Shown here: positions 29,683 to 39,146 of the stretch, in pieces
How the letters are laid out: the number at the start of each line of letters is the position of its first letter
Position numbering within the stretch: position 1 is the stretch's first letter
Source: Turneriella sp.
GTDB lineage: Bacteria > Spirochaetota > Leptospiria > Turneriellales > Turneriellaceae
Assembly: GCA_965279515.1 (NCBI GenBank)
Contig: CBDIID010000003.1
Span: 2,688,001 to 2,752,000 of the forward strand
Length of the DNA stretch: 64,000 nt
Direction of reading: 5' to 3'
Translations under genes and position numbers: made by a program
Notes under the pieces: model-generated
Told to the model about the DNA's origin: nothing
Databases searched by the model: none
The model's input: only the letters and a program-made list of their open reading frames with translations

Positions 29683-30409
29683 CTACAGCTATTTGGGCGC
29701 CCGAAATGTAGGCAGCCCTTTCCGATAGCAAGAACGAAACCAGCTCTCCGATATCGCGAGGCTCGCCGATTCTTCGCATCGGGATGCGCTGCCTGATTTC
29801 TTCACCAGCGAGGTGTTTAGTGCCTGCAAGCATATCTGTGTCAATCGGTCCCGGCATGACGCAATTGGCTCTGATACCTTTCTTGCCGTATTCAAAGGCG
29901 ATTGCCTTGGTGAATGCAAGAATAGCTGCTTTCGAGGCCGCATATACGGCCTGGCCGCTATAGACTTTATCTGACACGATAGAACCGATATTAACAATCG
30001 CACCGCACCTGTGTTCGAGCATATGCGGCAAAATAGTATGGCAACAAAAAATGGTGCCTTTCAAGTTTACGTCGATCGTCATGTCGATATCCTCGGTGCT
30101 TTGATTGAGCAACAGACCGGGCAGGTTTATACCAGCATTGTTTACCCACCCGGAAATTCTGATGCCTTTTTCAAACAGTGGAAAAAGAGCGCCGCGAATA
30201 TCCGCAGGTTGAGAGATATCAAAATGTAAAAGAAATCCTCTACCCCCCAGCTTCTCGATTTCAGACAATAAACATTCGGCCTTGGCTTTATTGTCCCGGA
30301 AATGGATGCCCACATTAGCCCCATTGCCGGCAAGAGCGCTTGCGATCCCGCGTCCTATGCCGCGGCTGGCGCCGGTGACAATGATCGTTTTTTCCGAAAG
30401 TTCTTGCAT
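29660..30409 (-). CDS. FabG-like 3-oxoacyl-ACP reductase (SDR)
   Basis: VTGASRGIG, NNAG, YAASK, PGPIDTDM and VDGG motifs. Confidence 0.9.
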   Translation of the reverse strand: MQELSEKTIIVTGASRGIGRGIASALAGNGANVGIHFRDNKAKAECLLSEIEKLGGRGFLLHFDISQPADIRGALFPLFEKGIRISGWVNNAGINLPGLLLNQSTEDIDMTIDVNLKGTIFCCHTILPHMLEHRCGAIVNIGSIVSDKVYSGQAVYAASKAAILAFTKAIAFEYGKKGIRANCVMPGPIDTDMLAGTKHLAGEEIRQRIPMRRIGEPRDIGELVSFLLSERAAYISGAQIAVDGGYSVG

Positions 30410-30420
30410 GCGAAATCGTA

Positions 30421-31680
30421 TTAAATTTTGAATATCAGAACGGAATTCTGTCCGCCGAAGCCAAAGGAATTTTTCATGATATGCCCTCCGCCGAACTTTC
30501 TTTTGCCTGTTGCTATGTAATCCAGATCGCAATCCGGGTCTGGTGTTTTAAGATTGATAGTCGGGTGCAGAAAACCTTCCTTAGCGCAAAGCAGACAAGC
30601 TGCACTCTCGGCCGCACCTGCAGCGGATATCAGATGGCCGATCATTGATTTCGTGGAATTCACGGATAACCGGCCGGCATGGTCTCCAAAAACTTTTTTG
30701 ATAGCTTTCGTTTCAATGGCATCGTTCTTCGGTGTGGAGGTCCCATGGGCATTTACGTGCCTGATATCCGTAGGTTGAAGATTAGCGTCTTTTAGCGCGG
30801 TTTTCATTGCGATTTCAGCTCCAGCAGCTTCCGGGTGTGGCTCCGTAATCCCGTGAGCGTCGAAGGAATTGCCCCAACCGACGATTTCTGCATAGATGGT
30901 CGCGCCGCGCTCTACTGCGTTTTCTCGCTCTTCGAGCACAAGGCAGGCGGCTCCCTCTCCTAAAAGAAAGCCGTCGCGGTTTCTATCGAATGGCCGCGAA
31001 GCTTTTGCCGGTTCTTCATTGTTACGGCTGACAGCCTGTAGTAAACAAAAACCGCCCATACCTAAGGGGTTTATCATCGAGTCGCTACCACCGACAAGCA
31101 TGTAGTCTCGCTTTCCCTGCTGGATCATTTTATACCCGACGCCGATAGCATCTGTAGCAGCTGCGCAAGCGGATATTAAAGTCGTGGGTGGTTTCGTCAG
31201 ACCGATCTGATGCGAAATAATATGCAAACAAATATCCGATGGCGTTTGCAAGAAAGTCAGACGGCGGAACATTTCGGGGCTTTTTATTTTTTCCGGATCT
31301 TTCTTCTCGCGTCTCATGAGCTCGATCATATCAGGAAGTGAAAACAGTTCGAGCCCCATACCAAAGCTAATGGAACTTTTCGCCTCGGAAGGGGGATAGA
31401 ATTCGTTGAGCGGCGCACCTTTTGCTTCCGCATCTGCCTTAGCGCTATGCGCAGCCACAACCGCAAAAATTACCTTGCGGTCTCTGAGATATTTCGGCAA
31501 ATTTACGGCTGGCATATCTTTTACTTCGGCGGCGATTCTTGTCGGTAAATTACCTGGCTCAAAAACGCTTATTGCACCTGCACCGGAAACACCTTCCAGC
31601 AGACGCTGCACGAATTGATGATTCGTATTGCTTAGCGGCGTTATGGCGCCGATCCCGGTAACGACAACCTTTCTGCCCAT
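30421..31680 (-). CDS. Beta-ketoacyl-ACP synthase (FabF-like KS)
   Basis: Catalytic triad SAC-AA, HVNAHGTST and KSMIGHL; C-terminal NSFGFGGQN. Confidence 0.95.
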   Translation of the reverse strand: MGRKVVVTGIGAITPLSNTNHQFVQRLLEGVSGAGAISVFEPGNLPTRIAAEVKDMPAVNLPKYLRDRKVIFAVVAAHSAKADAEAKGAPLNEFYPPSEAKSSISFGMGLELFSLPDMIELMRREKKDPEKIKSPEMFRRLTFLQTPSDICLHIISHQIGLTKPPTTLISACAAATDAIGVGYKMIQQGKRDYMLVGGSDSMINPLGMGGFCLLQAVSRNNEEPAKASRPFDRNRDGFLLGEGAACLVLEERENAVERGATIYAEIVGWGNSFDAHGITEPHPEAAGAEIAMKTALKDANLQPTDIRHVNAHGTSTPKNDAIETKAIKKVFGDHAGRLSVNSTKSMIGHLISAAGAAESAACLLCAKEGFLHPTINLKTPDPDCDLDYIATGKRKFGGGHIMKNSFGFGGQNSVLIFKI

Positions 31681-32655
31681 TTATGCTTCTATATCTCCCA
31701 TAAGCTGCCAAGTACTGTCTAATTGGAAGCCATCTATGGTCTGTGCGCTGTGCCGATACGGAGATGATGACTTCTTTGCGATCGCTTTCTCTAATCCCAG
31801 TACCAGGGATGCAGGGCCGAAATAATCTACCTGTCGCGGAGTCAGGGGCCGCTCCGGAGCCAGTGTGGTATTGCCCGCTAGGAATTTTTCCTCATGCACA
31901 GGCATTTCGCTGAGAATGTCAAAAGTTTTATAGATCGAGGTAAAATTCTCCAGAACGGCATAGATGCGTGCATTGCGCGCCTTGGCGGCATCAAAACCTT
32001 CAAGGCAAAGAAAACCAGCTGTATCGACGAGATTATACTCTACGCCATGCCCCAATCTTGAAAAATGATGCGCGACGAGAAAGTTATTCTGGTCGGCGGC
32101 GCCACCGACGAGCGCCACTTTGCTTTCGCCGTTCTCTAAAGATGAAATAGCTGTTTCAAGTGCGGCGTAAAACTGGCCTACACCGGGGTACGAAATAAAA
32201 TACCTTCCTTGAATACCAAAATTAAGAGATGTATGAAAGATGGGCATATTCGGCAGGCATTTGAAAGTAATCAGTGGATTAAAGTGCGACATGACCTGAT
32301 TCGAGAATTGCAGCGAAGAAAATTCCCCATTTAGTGTCGAAAGTTCCGTGACTTCATTGATCGTTTCCCTTTCAAAGGGAATGTAGCCAACGGAAAGAAA
32401 AAGGCCTGTGTCTGTGCCGGAAGTTTGTCCGAGAAGCCCGGCGCGTTCAAGGGCGCGCCCACAGCCGACAACTGCCAGAGCGTCTTGTTTTCCCATAAAT
32501 TTAAACATCTTACGATTTAAAAGCCATGGCATGACTTCAGGTTCGGTCTCCGTATTTACAGACAGGGAATTGTCTTTTAATACGCAGCTGCCAAATCCTG
32601 TTACGGCGACCCGAAATGTTTCTTTTTTCTCTACCGGTTTCTGGAAAATCTTCAT
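31681..32655 (-). CDS. Truncated KS-fold protein lacking the catalytic Cys (chain-length-factor-like)
   Basis: VAVTGFG, KFMGKQD, LPNMP and ALVGG; region expected to carry Cys reads YPGVGQ; abuts the KS gene. Confidence 0.75.
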   Translation of the reverse strand: MKIFQKPVEKKETFRVAVTGFGSCVLKDNSLSVNTETEPEVMPWLLNRKMFKFMGKQDALAVVGCGRALERAGLLGQTSGTDTGLFLSVGYIPFERETINEVTELSTLNGEFSSLQFSNQVMSHFNPLITFKCLPNMPIFHTSLNFGIQGRYFISYPGVGQFYAALETAISSLENGESKVALVGGAADQNNFLVAHHFSRLGHGVEYNLVDTAGFLCLEGFDAAKARNARIYAVLENFTSIYKTFDILSEMPVHEEKFLAGNTTLAPERPLTPRQVDYFGPASLVLGLEKAIAKKSSSPYRHSAQTIDGFQLDSTWQLMGDIEA

Positions 32656-33167
32656 AGAATCACTATGTCTGCTTGCAACTGATTGGTCACGAGCCGGTAG
32701 AAAGCTCTTCTTTGTTCATGAATTTCAGGTATGTTGACATTGCGCATGGCAAATGTCAGAACGGCGCTCGCCACCTTTTCCTGGCTTTGTAGATCCGGCA
32801 AATTTTTATTATTGCCACCGGATTCCCGGGTGACTTCACATGAAAGCTGGGCAGCTCCTTCAAAAATTGAATCGATGCGGCAATGGACGTTTAATTGGTC
32901 GCCTGGGGTTGCCGGTTGGTGAAATTTCGCGCGATCTACCTGAACCAGCATGGCCCTCTTAACATCGTTGGGATCGGTATTAATACCGCATTCAATCAAA
33001 AATCCACCCAGTTGCGCCATGGATTCAATTAAAAGACAACCCGGATAAACGGGGAAGCCCGGAAAATGATCCGCCAAATAATCTTCGCTCAAGGTCACAT
33101 TTTTGATCGCTGTAGCGGAGCTCAACCGATCATATTCTACTATCTTATCGATGAGAAAAAAACGCAT
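32652..33167 (-). CDS. FabZ-like 3-hydroxyacyl-ACP dehydratase
   Basis: FFLIDKI, KNVT, DHFPGFPVYPGCLLIESMAQ and PGDQL motifs. Confidence 0.92.
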   Translation of the reverse strand: MRFFLIDKIVEYDRLSSATAIKNVTLSEDYLADHFPGFPVYPGCLLIESMAQLGGFLIECGINTDPNDVKRAMLVQVDRAKFHQPATPGDQLNVHCRIDSIFEGAAQLSCEVTRESGGNNKNLPDLQSQEKVASAVLTFAMRNVNIPEIHEQRRAFYRLVTNQLQADIVIL

Positions 33168-33236
33168 CTTTCTGACTCCGAATCTACATCCCTATATGTG
33201 CGACAGCCGTTTTTACCAGTGGTAAAATTGCGATCA

Positions 33237-33989
33237 TCACAGCCCGCCGTCCAGCAAGATCGATTGCCCTGTAACATAGGTGTTTTCCAGCGCAAACCAT
33301 ACCGCAACTTCTGCAATTTCTTGGATCGTTCCAATTCTTCTCAACGAACAATGCTCGATGTAAGATTCCTTAACCCTGGCAGAAAGACGGGTGGATTGAC
33401 CGCCGTCTAAGATACCGGGAGCAATTTGATTTACCTTAATATTGTGTGCACCTAGCTCTTTTGCCAGCGATTCGGTCAGCCCCTTGAGCGCCGCTTTACT
33501 CAGCGAAAAATGTACGGGTGACGGCAGCATTTTTACCCCATCCATGGAGCCGAGGATTAACAGATTGGGGTTTTCCGAAGACTTCAGATATGGCCAGGAA
33601 TTCTGACAGATGAAGAAAGTGCTTTTCGTGTTAATGGCAAGAAATTCATTCAAGTCGTCGGCTGTCGTGCCATCTATAGGACCTAATGATTCTCCCTGAG
33701 AAAGCTCAGGAGGAACCAGGGGTCCTGGAATTCCAACAGCCTGAATGACCGCGTCCAGGCCGCCTAGATTTGCACTCGCTTCATGAACGGCCTGTTTAAT
33801 CTCGAGAGGGTTTCGAACATCGACCCGCTGACTATCGCATTGTAAAGTTTCTTGCAATCGCTTTGCATTCGCGAAGTTTGAAAAATATGTAAAACTGATT
33901 TGGCATCCTTCTTCAATAAGGCTCTCACAAATCTGCGCTCCGATAGCGCCGCTTCCCCCAAAAACCATGACCCGTCGCGGTTGGATCAC
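33237..33989 (-). CDS. FabG-like SDR with non-canonical active site (FxxxK)
   Basis: VFGGSGAIG; HFSLSK in place of YxxxK; LDGGL. Confidence 0.85.
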   Translation of the reverse strand: MIQPRRVMVFGGSGAIGAQICESLIEEGCQISFTYFSNFANAKRLQETLQCDSQRVDVRNPLEIKQAVHEASANLGGLDAVIQAVGIPGPLVPPELSQGESLGPIDGTTADDLNEFLAINTKSTFFICQNSWPYLKSSENPNLLILGSMDGVKMLPSPVHFSLSKAALKGLTESLAKELGAHNIKVNQIAPGILDGGQSTRLSARVKESYIEHCSLRRIGTIQEIAEVAVWFALENTYVTGQSILLDGGL

Positions 33990-34735
33990 AGTCCACCGTC
34001 CATAATGATTGTCTCGCCGCTCATATAGGTATTGCGATCAGAAACGAGGAATGCCGCAAACTTGGCCACTTCGTCCAATTTGCCCAGGCGTTTTAAGGCG
34101 ACGTGGCTTATATATTTGGCCACGCGGTGCTCCGGAAGATTGCTGCCTACGCCTTCTTCCAGAAGGCCTGGCGCAAGACAGTTGACGCGAATATTATACC
34201 GGCCCAGTTCCTTGCAGAGTGCTTCGGTCAACCCTTTGATTGCGGCTTTACTGGCTGAATAGTGTGCGGGTGCTTCAATCAGACGAAGGCCGGCCAATGA
34301 GCCGATGTTGAGGATTACGCCACTTCTTTGGTGAATCATTATGGGGACAACAGCATGCGTTACCAAAAAATAGCCTTTTACATTTACATCCATGACCTTA
34401 TCCCAGTCTTCTTCATCCAGAAAAGCAAAGGGAAGGGGTTGGGAAATGCCGGCATTATTGACTAAGATATCGAGCTGATTGAAGTGTTTTTCCAAATCCA
34501 GCAATGTTTTGTCCAACCGTGGTTTGTCGAGCACTGAAGCCTGAATGGAAAGCGCTTTGATGCCGAAGTTTTCAAGCTGGCGCAAGGTTTCCCGAGCTCC
34601 CTCATCATCTGTGGCATAAACAAAAGCAATGTTGCAGCCTTGGCGGGCAAATTCCAGGCACAATGCCCGGCCGAGGCCTCGGGATCCGCCCGTGATCAGG
34701 GCATTTTTGCCTCGCAGCATATTTGTGAAGCGCAT
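33986..34735 (-). CDS. FabG-like SDR (start at 34735 or 34720)
   Basis: ITGGSRGLG, NNAG, HYSASK and MDGGL motifs. Confidence 0.9.
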   Translation of the reverse strand: MRFTNMLRGKNALITGGSRGLGRALCLEFARQGCNIAFVYATDDEGARETLRQLENFGIKALSIQASVLDKPRLDKTLLDLEKHFNQLDILVNNAGISQPLPFAFLDEEDWDKVMDVNVKGYFLVTHAVVPIMIHQRSGVILNIGSLAGLRLIEAPAHYSASKAAIKGLTEALCKELGRYNIRVNCLAPGLLEEGVGSNLPEHRVAKYISHVALKRLGKLDEVAKFAAFLVSDRNTYMSGETIIMDGGL

Positions 34736-34766
34736 GGTCTGAAATATCCGTTTAAGAATAAGCGAA

Positions 34767-36245
34767 CTATTTAATGAAAGGCCCTTTTGCCTGCGGTTGC
34801 TCCACAGTTTGCGTGCCCTGCGCTGCACCGCGGTGGAACATGTTAAACCCGCACGCAGGCATGATTCGGCCGTCGATCTGAGGGTAATGATGGCAACATT
34901 TCATCAGGCGCTCCAAATCAAAATCATGCCGATCCATGTAATGGTGGATAAAAATCGTTTTGGCCTGCCTTTCCGCGATGCGCAGTAGTTGCTTGCGGTC
35001 AATTTTCCCACCGGGGAACATCTCCAGCAGGGCGCGCTTTAGAGCCTTCATGATTTTTTGACTGTCCGGTACTTCACCGGCCGCACTCCAGAGATCGTTG
35101 ATCGCATCTTGCAGCGCGCTTTCGATTTTGACACCGGGTTCAATGGTGGCTGTCTGCTGAAACAGATCGAGGTATTTTTCCATATCAACAAACCGCGGAA
35201 AAGGCAGGTATTGTCCGTCGTCCATCCGCAAAAGGTATGTCAAAGAAACACAAAGCGGGTGAGAACATGGTAGTGGAATGAAGTCTTCACTGGCCACGAC
35301 GCCACTGGTCTGCGCGTCGATGCGGTGAATGATCCCGGGAATTGTCAGGCGATCCATGGGGTTATGAGGAAAATCTCCGCCGCCTTGCCCCGTGTGGGCG
35401 ACGGGCTGAATTAACAGCGAGAGCACATGATCTCTCTCGAGCAGCATCTTCACAGCCGCACCCAGTTGATGGTCATTGACGTCTTTAACCGGGACAAATG
35501 CCAGCTGCGTGGAGATATTGAACTTTGCCAGATTCTCGAGCGCCCGCTCTTTGATGCCTTGCAACTTCACGCCGCGCAATCTTTCATGAACATCATCATC
35601 GAAGCCATCCATCTGCAGGATTACGTATACATTCCTTTTCTTAAGTTCTTCGCAAAACTGCTCAGAGTTTGCGATTCTAATGCCGTTCGTGACCACCGAA
35701 ACGCGGGCGATTTCATCCCGTTGCGCTTCTTGTACAAAATCCCAGAATAGTGGATGCGTCGTCGGCTCGCCACCCGAGAGCGTAATAGTTTCTAAAGAAC
35801 CTTCATGCTCGATAAGTCTGTTGATAATGCCCCGAAAGTCTTCCAGAGTCATGTGATTCTGGTGCTTATTGTTTACAATGCAGACAGGGCAGGTCAGATT
35901 GCAGAAATCGGTAATTTCAATGATGGGAAGGCATGTGTGTTGCTGGTGCGAGGGGCAAAGGCCACAATCGGTTGGACATCCTTTTGATACTTCCGTAGAA
36001 AACTTCAACGGTTTGCTTCCCGGCTTTATGAAACGAAAAGCATTTTGATAATACTTTGCATCTTCACTTACAAGCGCCTTACTTTGCCCGTGCTCCGGAC
36101 AAAATTTCAGGAAATAGACTCGGTTATCCTGAAAGACTACCTGTGCCTGAATAACCTTCAAACACTCGGGGCAGGTGCTCATGGTCATCTTGAAGAATGT
36201 ATAATCTCTGTCGTCACGACAATGGACTAAGCACGGATCAATCAT
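34767..36245 (-). CDS. Radical SAM enzyme of the tetraether lipid synthase (Tes/GDGT-MAS, MJ0619-like) family
   Basis: Rubredoxin-like STCPEC...CPEHG, cluster motif GCPTDCGLCPSH, radical SAM CNLTCPVC, SGGEPT, TNG, LQMDG, VND, QPV, RLTIP, CSHPLC and C-terminal MD..DFDLERLMKCCHHY..DGRIMPACGFN; AAGGAG RBS. Confidence 0.85.
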   Translation of the reverse strand: MIDPCLVHCRDDRDYTFFKMTMSTCPECLKVIQAQVVFQDNRVYFLKFCPEHGQSKALVSEDAKYYQNAFRFIKPGSKPLKFSTEVSKGCPTDCGLCPSHQQHTCLPIIEITDFCNLTCPVCIVNNKHQNHMTLEDFRGIINRLIEHEGSLETITLSGGEPTTHPLFWDFVQEAQRDEIARVSVVTNGIRIANSEQFCEELKKRNVYVILQMDGFDDDVHERLRGVKLQGIKERALENLAKFNISTQLAFVPVKDVNDHQLGAAVKMLLERDHVLSLLIQPVAHTGQGGGDFPHNPMDRLTIPGIIHRIDAQTSGVVASEDFIPLPCSHPLCVSLTYLLRMDDGQYLPFPRFVDMEKYLDLFQQTATIEPGVKIESALQDAINDLWSAAGEVPDSQKIMKALKRALLEMFPGGKIDRKQLLRIAERQAKTIFIHHYMDRHDFDLERLMKCCHHYPQIDGRIMPACGFNMFHRGAAQGTQTVEQPQAKGPFIK

Positions 36246-36671
36246 TGTACTCCTTGTGTGTTTTCCAGATCACGCATGTCAAATAATATGCGGACCTTGT
36301 TGGTAAACAAGCCTGCTTAAATGACCTTTGCAGATAAAAACGAAAACATTTCGACTTGCGCTTATATACGGAGACGGATCAGATAAGATGCCAAAAAAAT
36401 CAGGCAGGATTTAGAGACTTTCGTTGTGGAGGTTTTATTCTCCGGAAAATTTAGCAACGGATATATTTGACATCTCATGTCGTTTTGGAGCCATAATAAA
36501 TATAAACGTGGCTGAACTGTAGAAATTATTTTTCATTCGTATGGTGCATCGGTTAACTCACTACTTCGCGGCCTGGCGGAATTTTTGGCTTCAATGGTCT
36601 TCTCTAGTTTTCACAGTATCGGTAAAGTAAGCGGCAGACAACCGAAGTAATAGCAAAAGGATAAGCAAACA

Positions 36672-38036
36672 ATGAATAACGAAACCGTCAAAGATTATAG
36701 CGATCACATAAATCCAACCTTTGTTCGTCTGCTGAAAGTTTTGGGTTTTGGAAGGGTTTTCACCCGGGCCAAAGACATTTGGGTTTGGGATAGTCGGCAG
36801 CGGAAATATTTAGACTGCTTAGCATCCTTTGGAACCCATAGTATTGGTCATAGCCATCCCCGGTTGATCGGAGAGATAAAAAAATTTCTGAGCTCTGACC
36901 ATTTGACAATCAATCATTTGGGGCCGAGCGTGAAGCAGGCAGAACTTGGCAAAAAACTCATCGAGACCTTAGGCACCGCGGGTAAGATACTGCGGATGTG
37001 CTCTTTCTCTTCCAGCGGGTCAGAAGCAGTCGAGTCGGCCATGAAAATTTCCCGCTTGGCGACGCGAAAAACCGACTTCGTTTATTGTGAGGGCGGGTTT
37101 CATGGTTTGAATCTGGGGACGCTGTCAATTCTGGGGCAGGATAGATTGCGCAAGCCTTTTGAACCATTGCTCTCTAACTGCCACCGTATCCCATTTAATG
37201 ATTTAGCGGCTCTCGAACGAGTATTTAGCTCTTATCCGGTTGCCGGGTTCATCGTCGAGCCAGTACAAATTGAAGCTGGGCTTCGTTTCCCACACGCGGA
37301 CTATTTAGCTCAGGCCCAAAAAATATGCCGTAAAAATAAGACCCTGATGATACTCGATGAAGTACAGACCGGTCTGGGACGAACGGGGACAATGTATGCC
37401 TTTCAATCCGAAAATTTCCATCCGGATATTCTGGTTTTGGCAAAGGCCTTGAGCGGTGGTCTTGTGCCGATCGGGGCAACAATTTTTTCACAGGCAATTT
37501 TTAAGAAAGCTTTTGGCAGTCTGGATCGCTTTGACATGAACAATTCAACCTTTGGCGGAAACGCCCTGTCTTGCGCCGCGGCAGTTAAAACCCTGGAGAT
37601 CATTGAAGAAGACGGGCTTCTCGAAAATTCCCGTGAAATGGGAAAGCGGTTGCTTGATGGCCTGAAAGAAAACCTGAAAGGACATCCGATGGTGCGCGAC
37701 ATTAGAGGGCGGGGATTGCTCGTGGGAATCGAGCTTGGACCAACGGACAAGGGCTTTCTGAACACCCGGTTTCCTTCTGTCGTGGCAAATTTATCGGAAA
37801 AGATCTACGGGCAATGGCTGTGCGTCAGACTCTTAGAAGAAGGAATACTCTGTCAGCCGTCTTCACAGCAGTGGAATATTTTGCGCCTTGAGCCGCCGCT
37901 GACCATCGGGATCCGGGAAATTGACCGGATTGTTCTGCAAGTCACAAAAATATTAAGCGATTATGATAGCGTTGGTAAATATATGAGAGCCGTGAGCAAG
38001 CGAGTCCTATCCAGCAAAAAAGGAATCATCTTCTGA
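36672..38036 (+). CDS. Class III PLP aminotransferase (HpnO/ornithine aminotransferase-like)
   Basis: YLDCLASFG, SGSEAVESAMK, FHG, EPVQ, DEVQTGLGRTG, AKALSGG, STFGGN and RLEPPL motifs. Confidence 0.92.
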   Translation: MNNETVKDYSDHINPTFVRLLKVLGFGRVFTRAKDIWVWDSRQRKYLDCLASFGTHSIGHSHPRLIGEIKKFLSSDHLTINHLGPSVKQAELGKKLIETLGTAGKILRMCSFSSSGSEAVESAMKISRLATRKTDFVYCEGGFHGLNLGTLSILGQDRLRKPFEPLLSNCHRIPFNDLAALERVFSSYPVAGFIVEPVQIEAGLRFPHADYLAQAQKICRKNKTLMILDEVQTGLGRTGTMYAFQSENFHPDILVLAKALSGGLVPIGATIFSQAIFKKAFGSLDRFDMNNSTFGGNALSCAAAVKTLEIIEEDGLLENSREMGKRLLDGLKENLKGHPMVRDIRGRGLLVGIELGPTDKGFLNTRFPSVVANLSEKIYGQWLCVRLLEEGILCQPSSQQWNILRLEPPLTIGIREIDRIVLQVTKILSDYDSVGKYMRAVSKRVLSSKKGIIF

Positions 38037-39049
38037 TGGCCTGGAACGTTGTTAAAAATTCAATGGGGTTTACTGCAAGTATATTCAGGAAAAGGCTCAT
38101 TCATGTCTTAGTCCAAGTAACGAATCGTTGCAATATGACTTGCGACTTCTGTGATTTTTGGCCTAACGGGGTTCCGGCAAAAGACGAGCTTTCGCTGGCC
38201 GATTATGAGAAGATAGCAAACCAACTCGCAGAACTCGGGACATGTGTTGTGTCCATTGAAGGGGGTGAACCCCTGATCCGGAAGGATCTTGTACAAATCG
38301 TCCGGATTTTCGCAAAGCAGCATTTGCCGGTTTTGTACACAAATGGCTGGTTTGTCACGGCAGAGATTGCGGCTGAACTTTTTGAAGCGGGTCTGACGCA
38401 GGCCGCAGTTTCAATCGATTTTCCAACCGCGGACAAGCACGATACAAAACGCGGCAGAACGGGAGCTTACGAGAAAGCCTGGCAAGCAATCGAGTATTTT
38501 AAAAATGCGGCAAAATCCCCCGAAAAACAAGTCCAGGTTATTTCGGTTTTGATGAGGGATAACCAGGACGCAATGGATGAATTACTGCGATTGAGCGGCC
38601 AAAAAGGTGTCGGTCATAGCCTGACGCTCATTGCTTTGGAAGGCTTCCGCAGGGGCAAGGGAGAGAATCAACTCCCGGAATATCCTTTCTCGGAGAAGCT
38701 GATGAGCCTTTGGAAGAAATACCCCCATTTCAAAATGTTTCGAAGCTATATTCAAGGCATCGACAGTTTCACGCAAGGAAAAGATCTCCCAAAGTGTCTT
38801 GCGGGGAAGCAATCGATAAACATTGATCACGTAGGGAACGTGTCTGCGTGCATTGAAAAGATTGATGATGCCGTTGGAAACGTCACAGATACGGACCTGA
38901 AAGTCCTGGTCCAGAGGACCAGCGAATCGGCAAAGGTTGCCCAATGCCAGGATTGCTGGAGCCAATGCAGAGGATTTCATCAGGCCCTGAGCAATGGAGC
39001 ATCCGCCTCTAACCTTATTGACCTGTCCGGCAGAATGCGAGCGATGTGA
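38036..39049 (+). CDS. Radical SAM protein with SPASM/twitch-like C-terminal cysteines
   Basis: TNRCNMTCDFC, GGEP, TNG, CLAG...GNVSAC...CQDCWSQC; TGATG coupling to the aminotransferase gene. Confidence 0.9.
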   Translation: MAWNVVKNSMGFTASIFRKRLIHVLVQVTNRCNMTCDFCDFWPNGVPAKDELSLADYEKIANQLAELGTCVVSIEGGEPLIRKDLVQIVRIFAKQHLPVLYTNGWFVTAEIAAELFEAGLTQAAVSIDFPTADKHDTKRGRTGAYEKAWQAIEYFKNAAKSPEKQVQVISVLMRDNQDAMDELLRLSGQKGVGHSLTLIALEGFRRGKGENQLPEYPFSEKLMSLWKKYPHFKMFRSYIQGIDSFTQGKDLPKCLAGKQSINIDHVGNVSACIEKIDDAVGNVTDTDLKVLVQRTSESAKVAQCQDCWSQCRGFHQALSNGASASNLIDLSGRMRAM

Positions 39050-39146
39050 TCAGAACCGGCACGGAGCGACTCGCTTGAGGCCCATTACGAATCCCAGCCC
39101 GGTTACGGTCTTGAATGTTGCGTAGGCAACCAGCTCTTAACTTTTT

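Noticed and set aside
30421..34735. Housekeeping fab operon
   Set aside because: No fabD, fabH or plsX; atypical ACP, Cys-less KS partner, tailoring enzymes and foreign composition point to a specialised pathway.
28981..39049. RiPP cluster (SPASM radical SAM plus nitroreductase-like dehydrogenase)
   Set aside because: No convincing precursor peptide, RRE, YcaO or peptidase/transporter seen; the context is ACP/KS-based.
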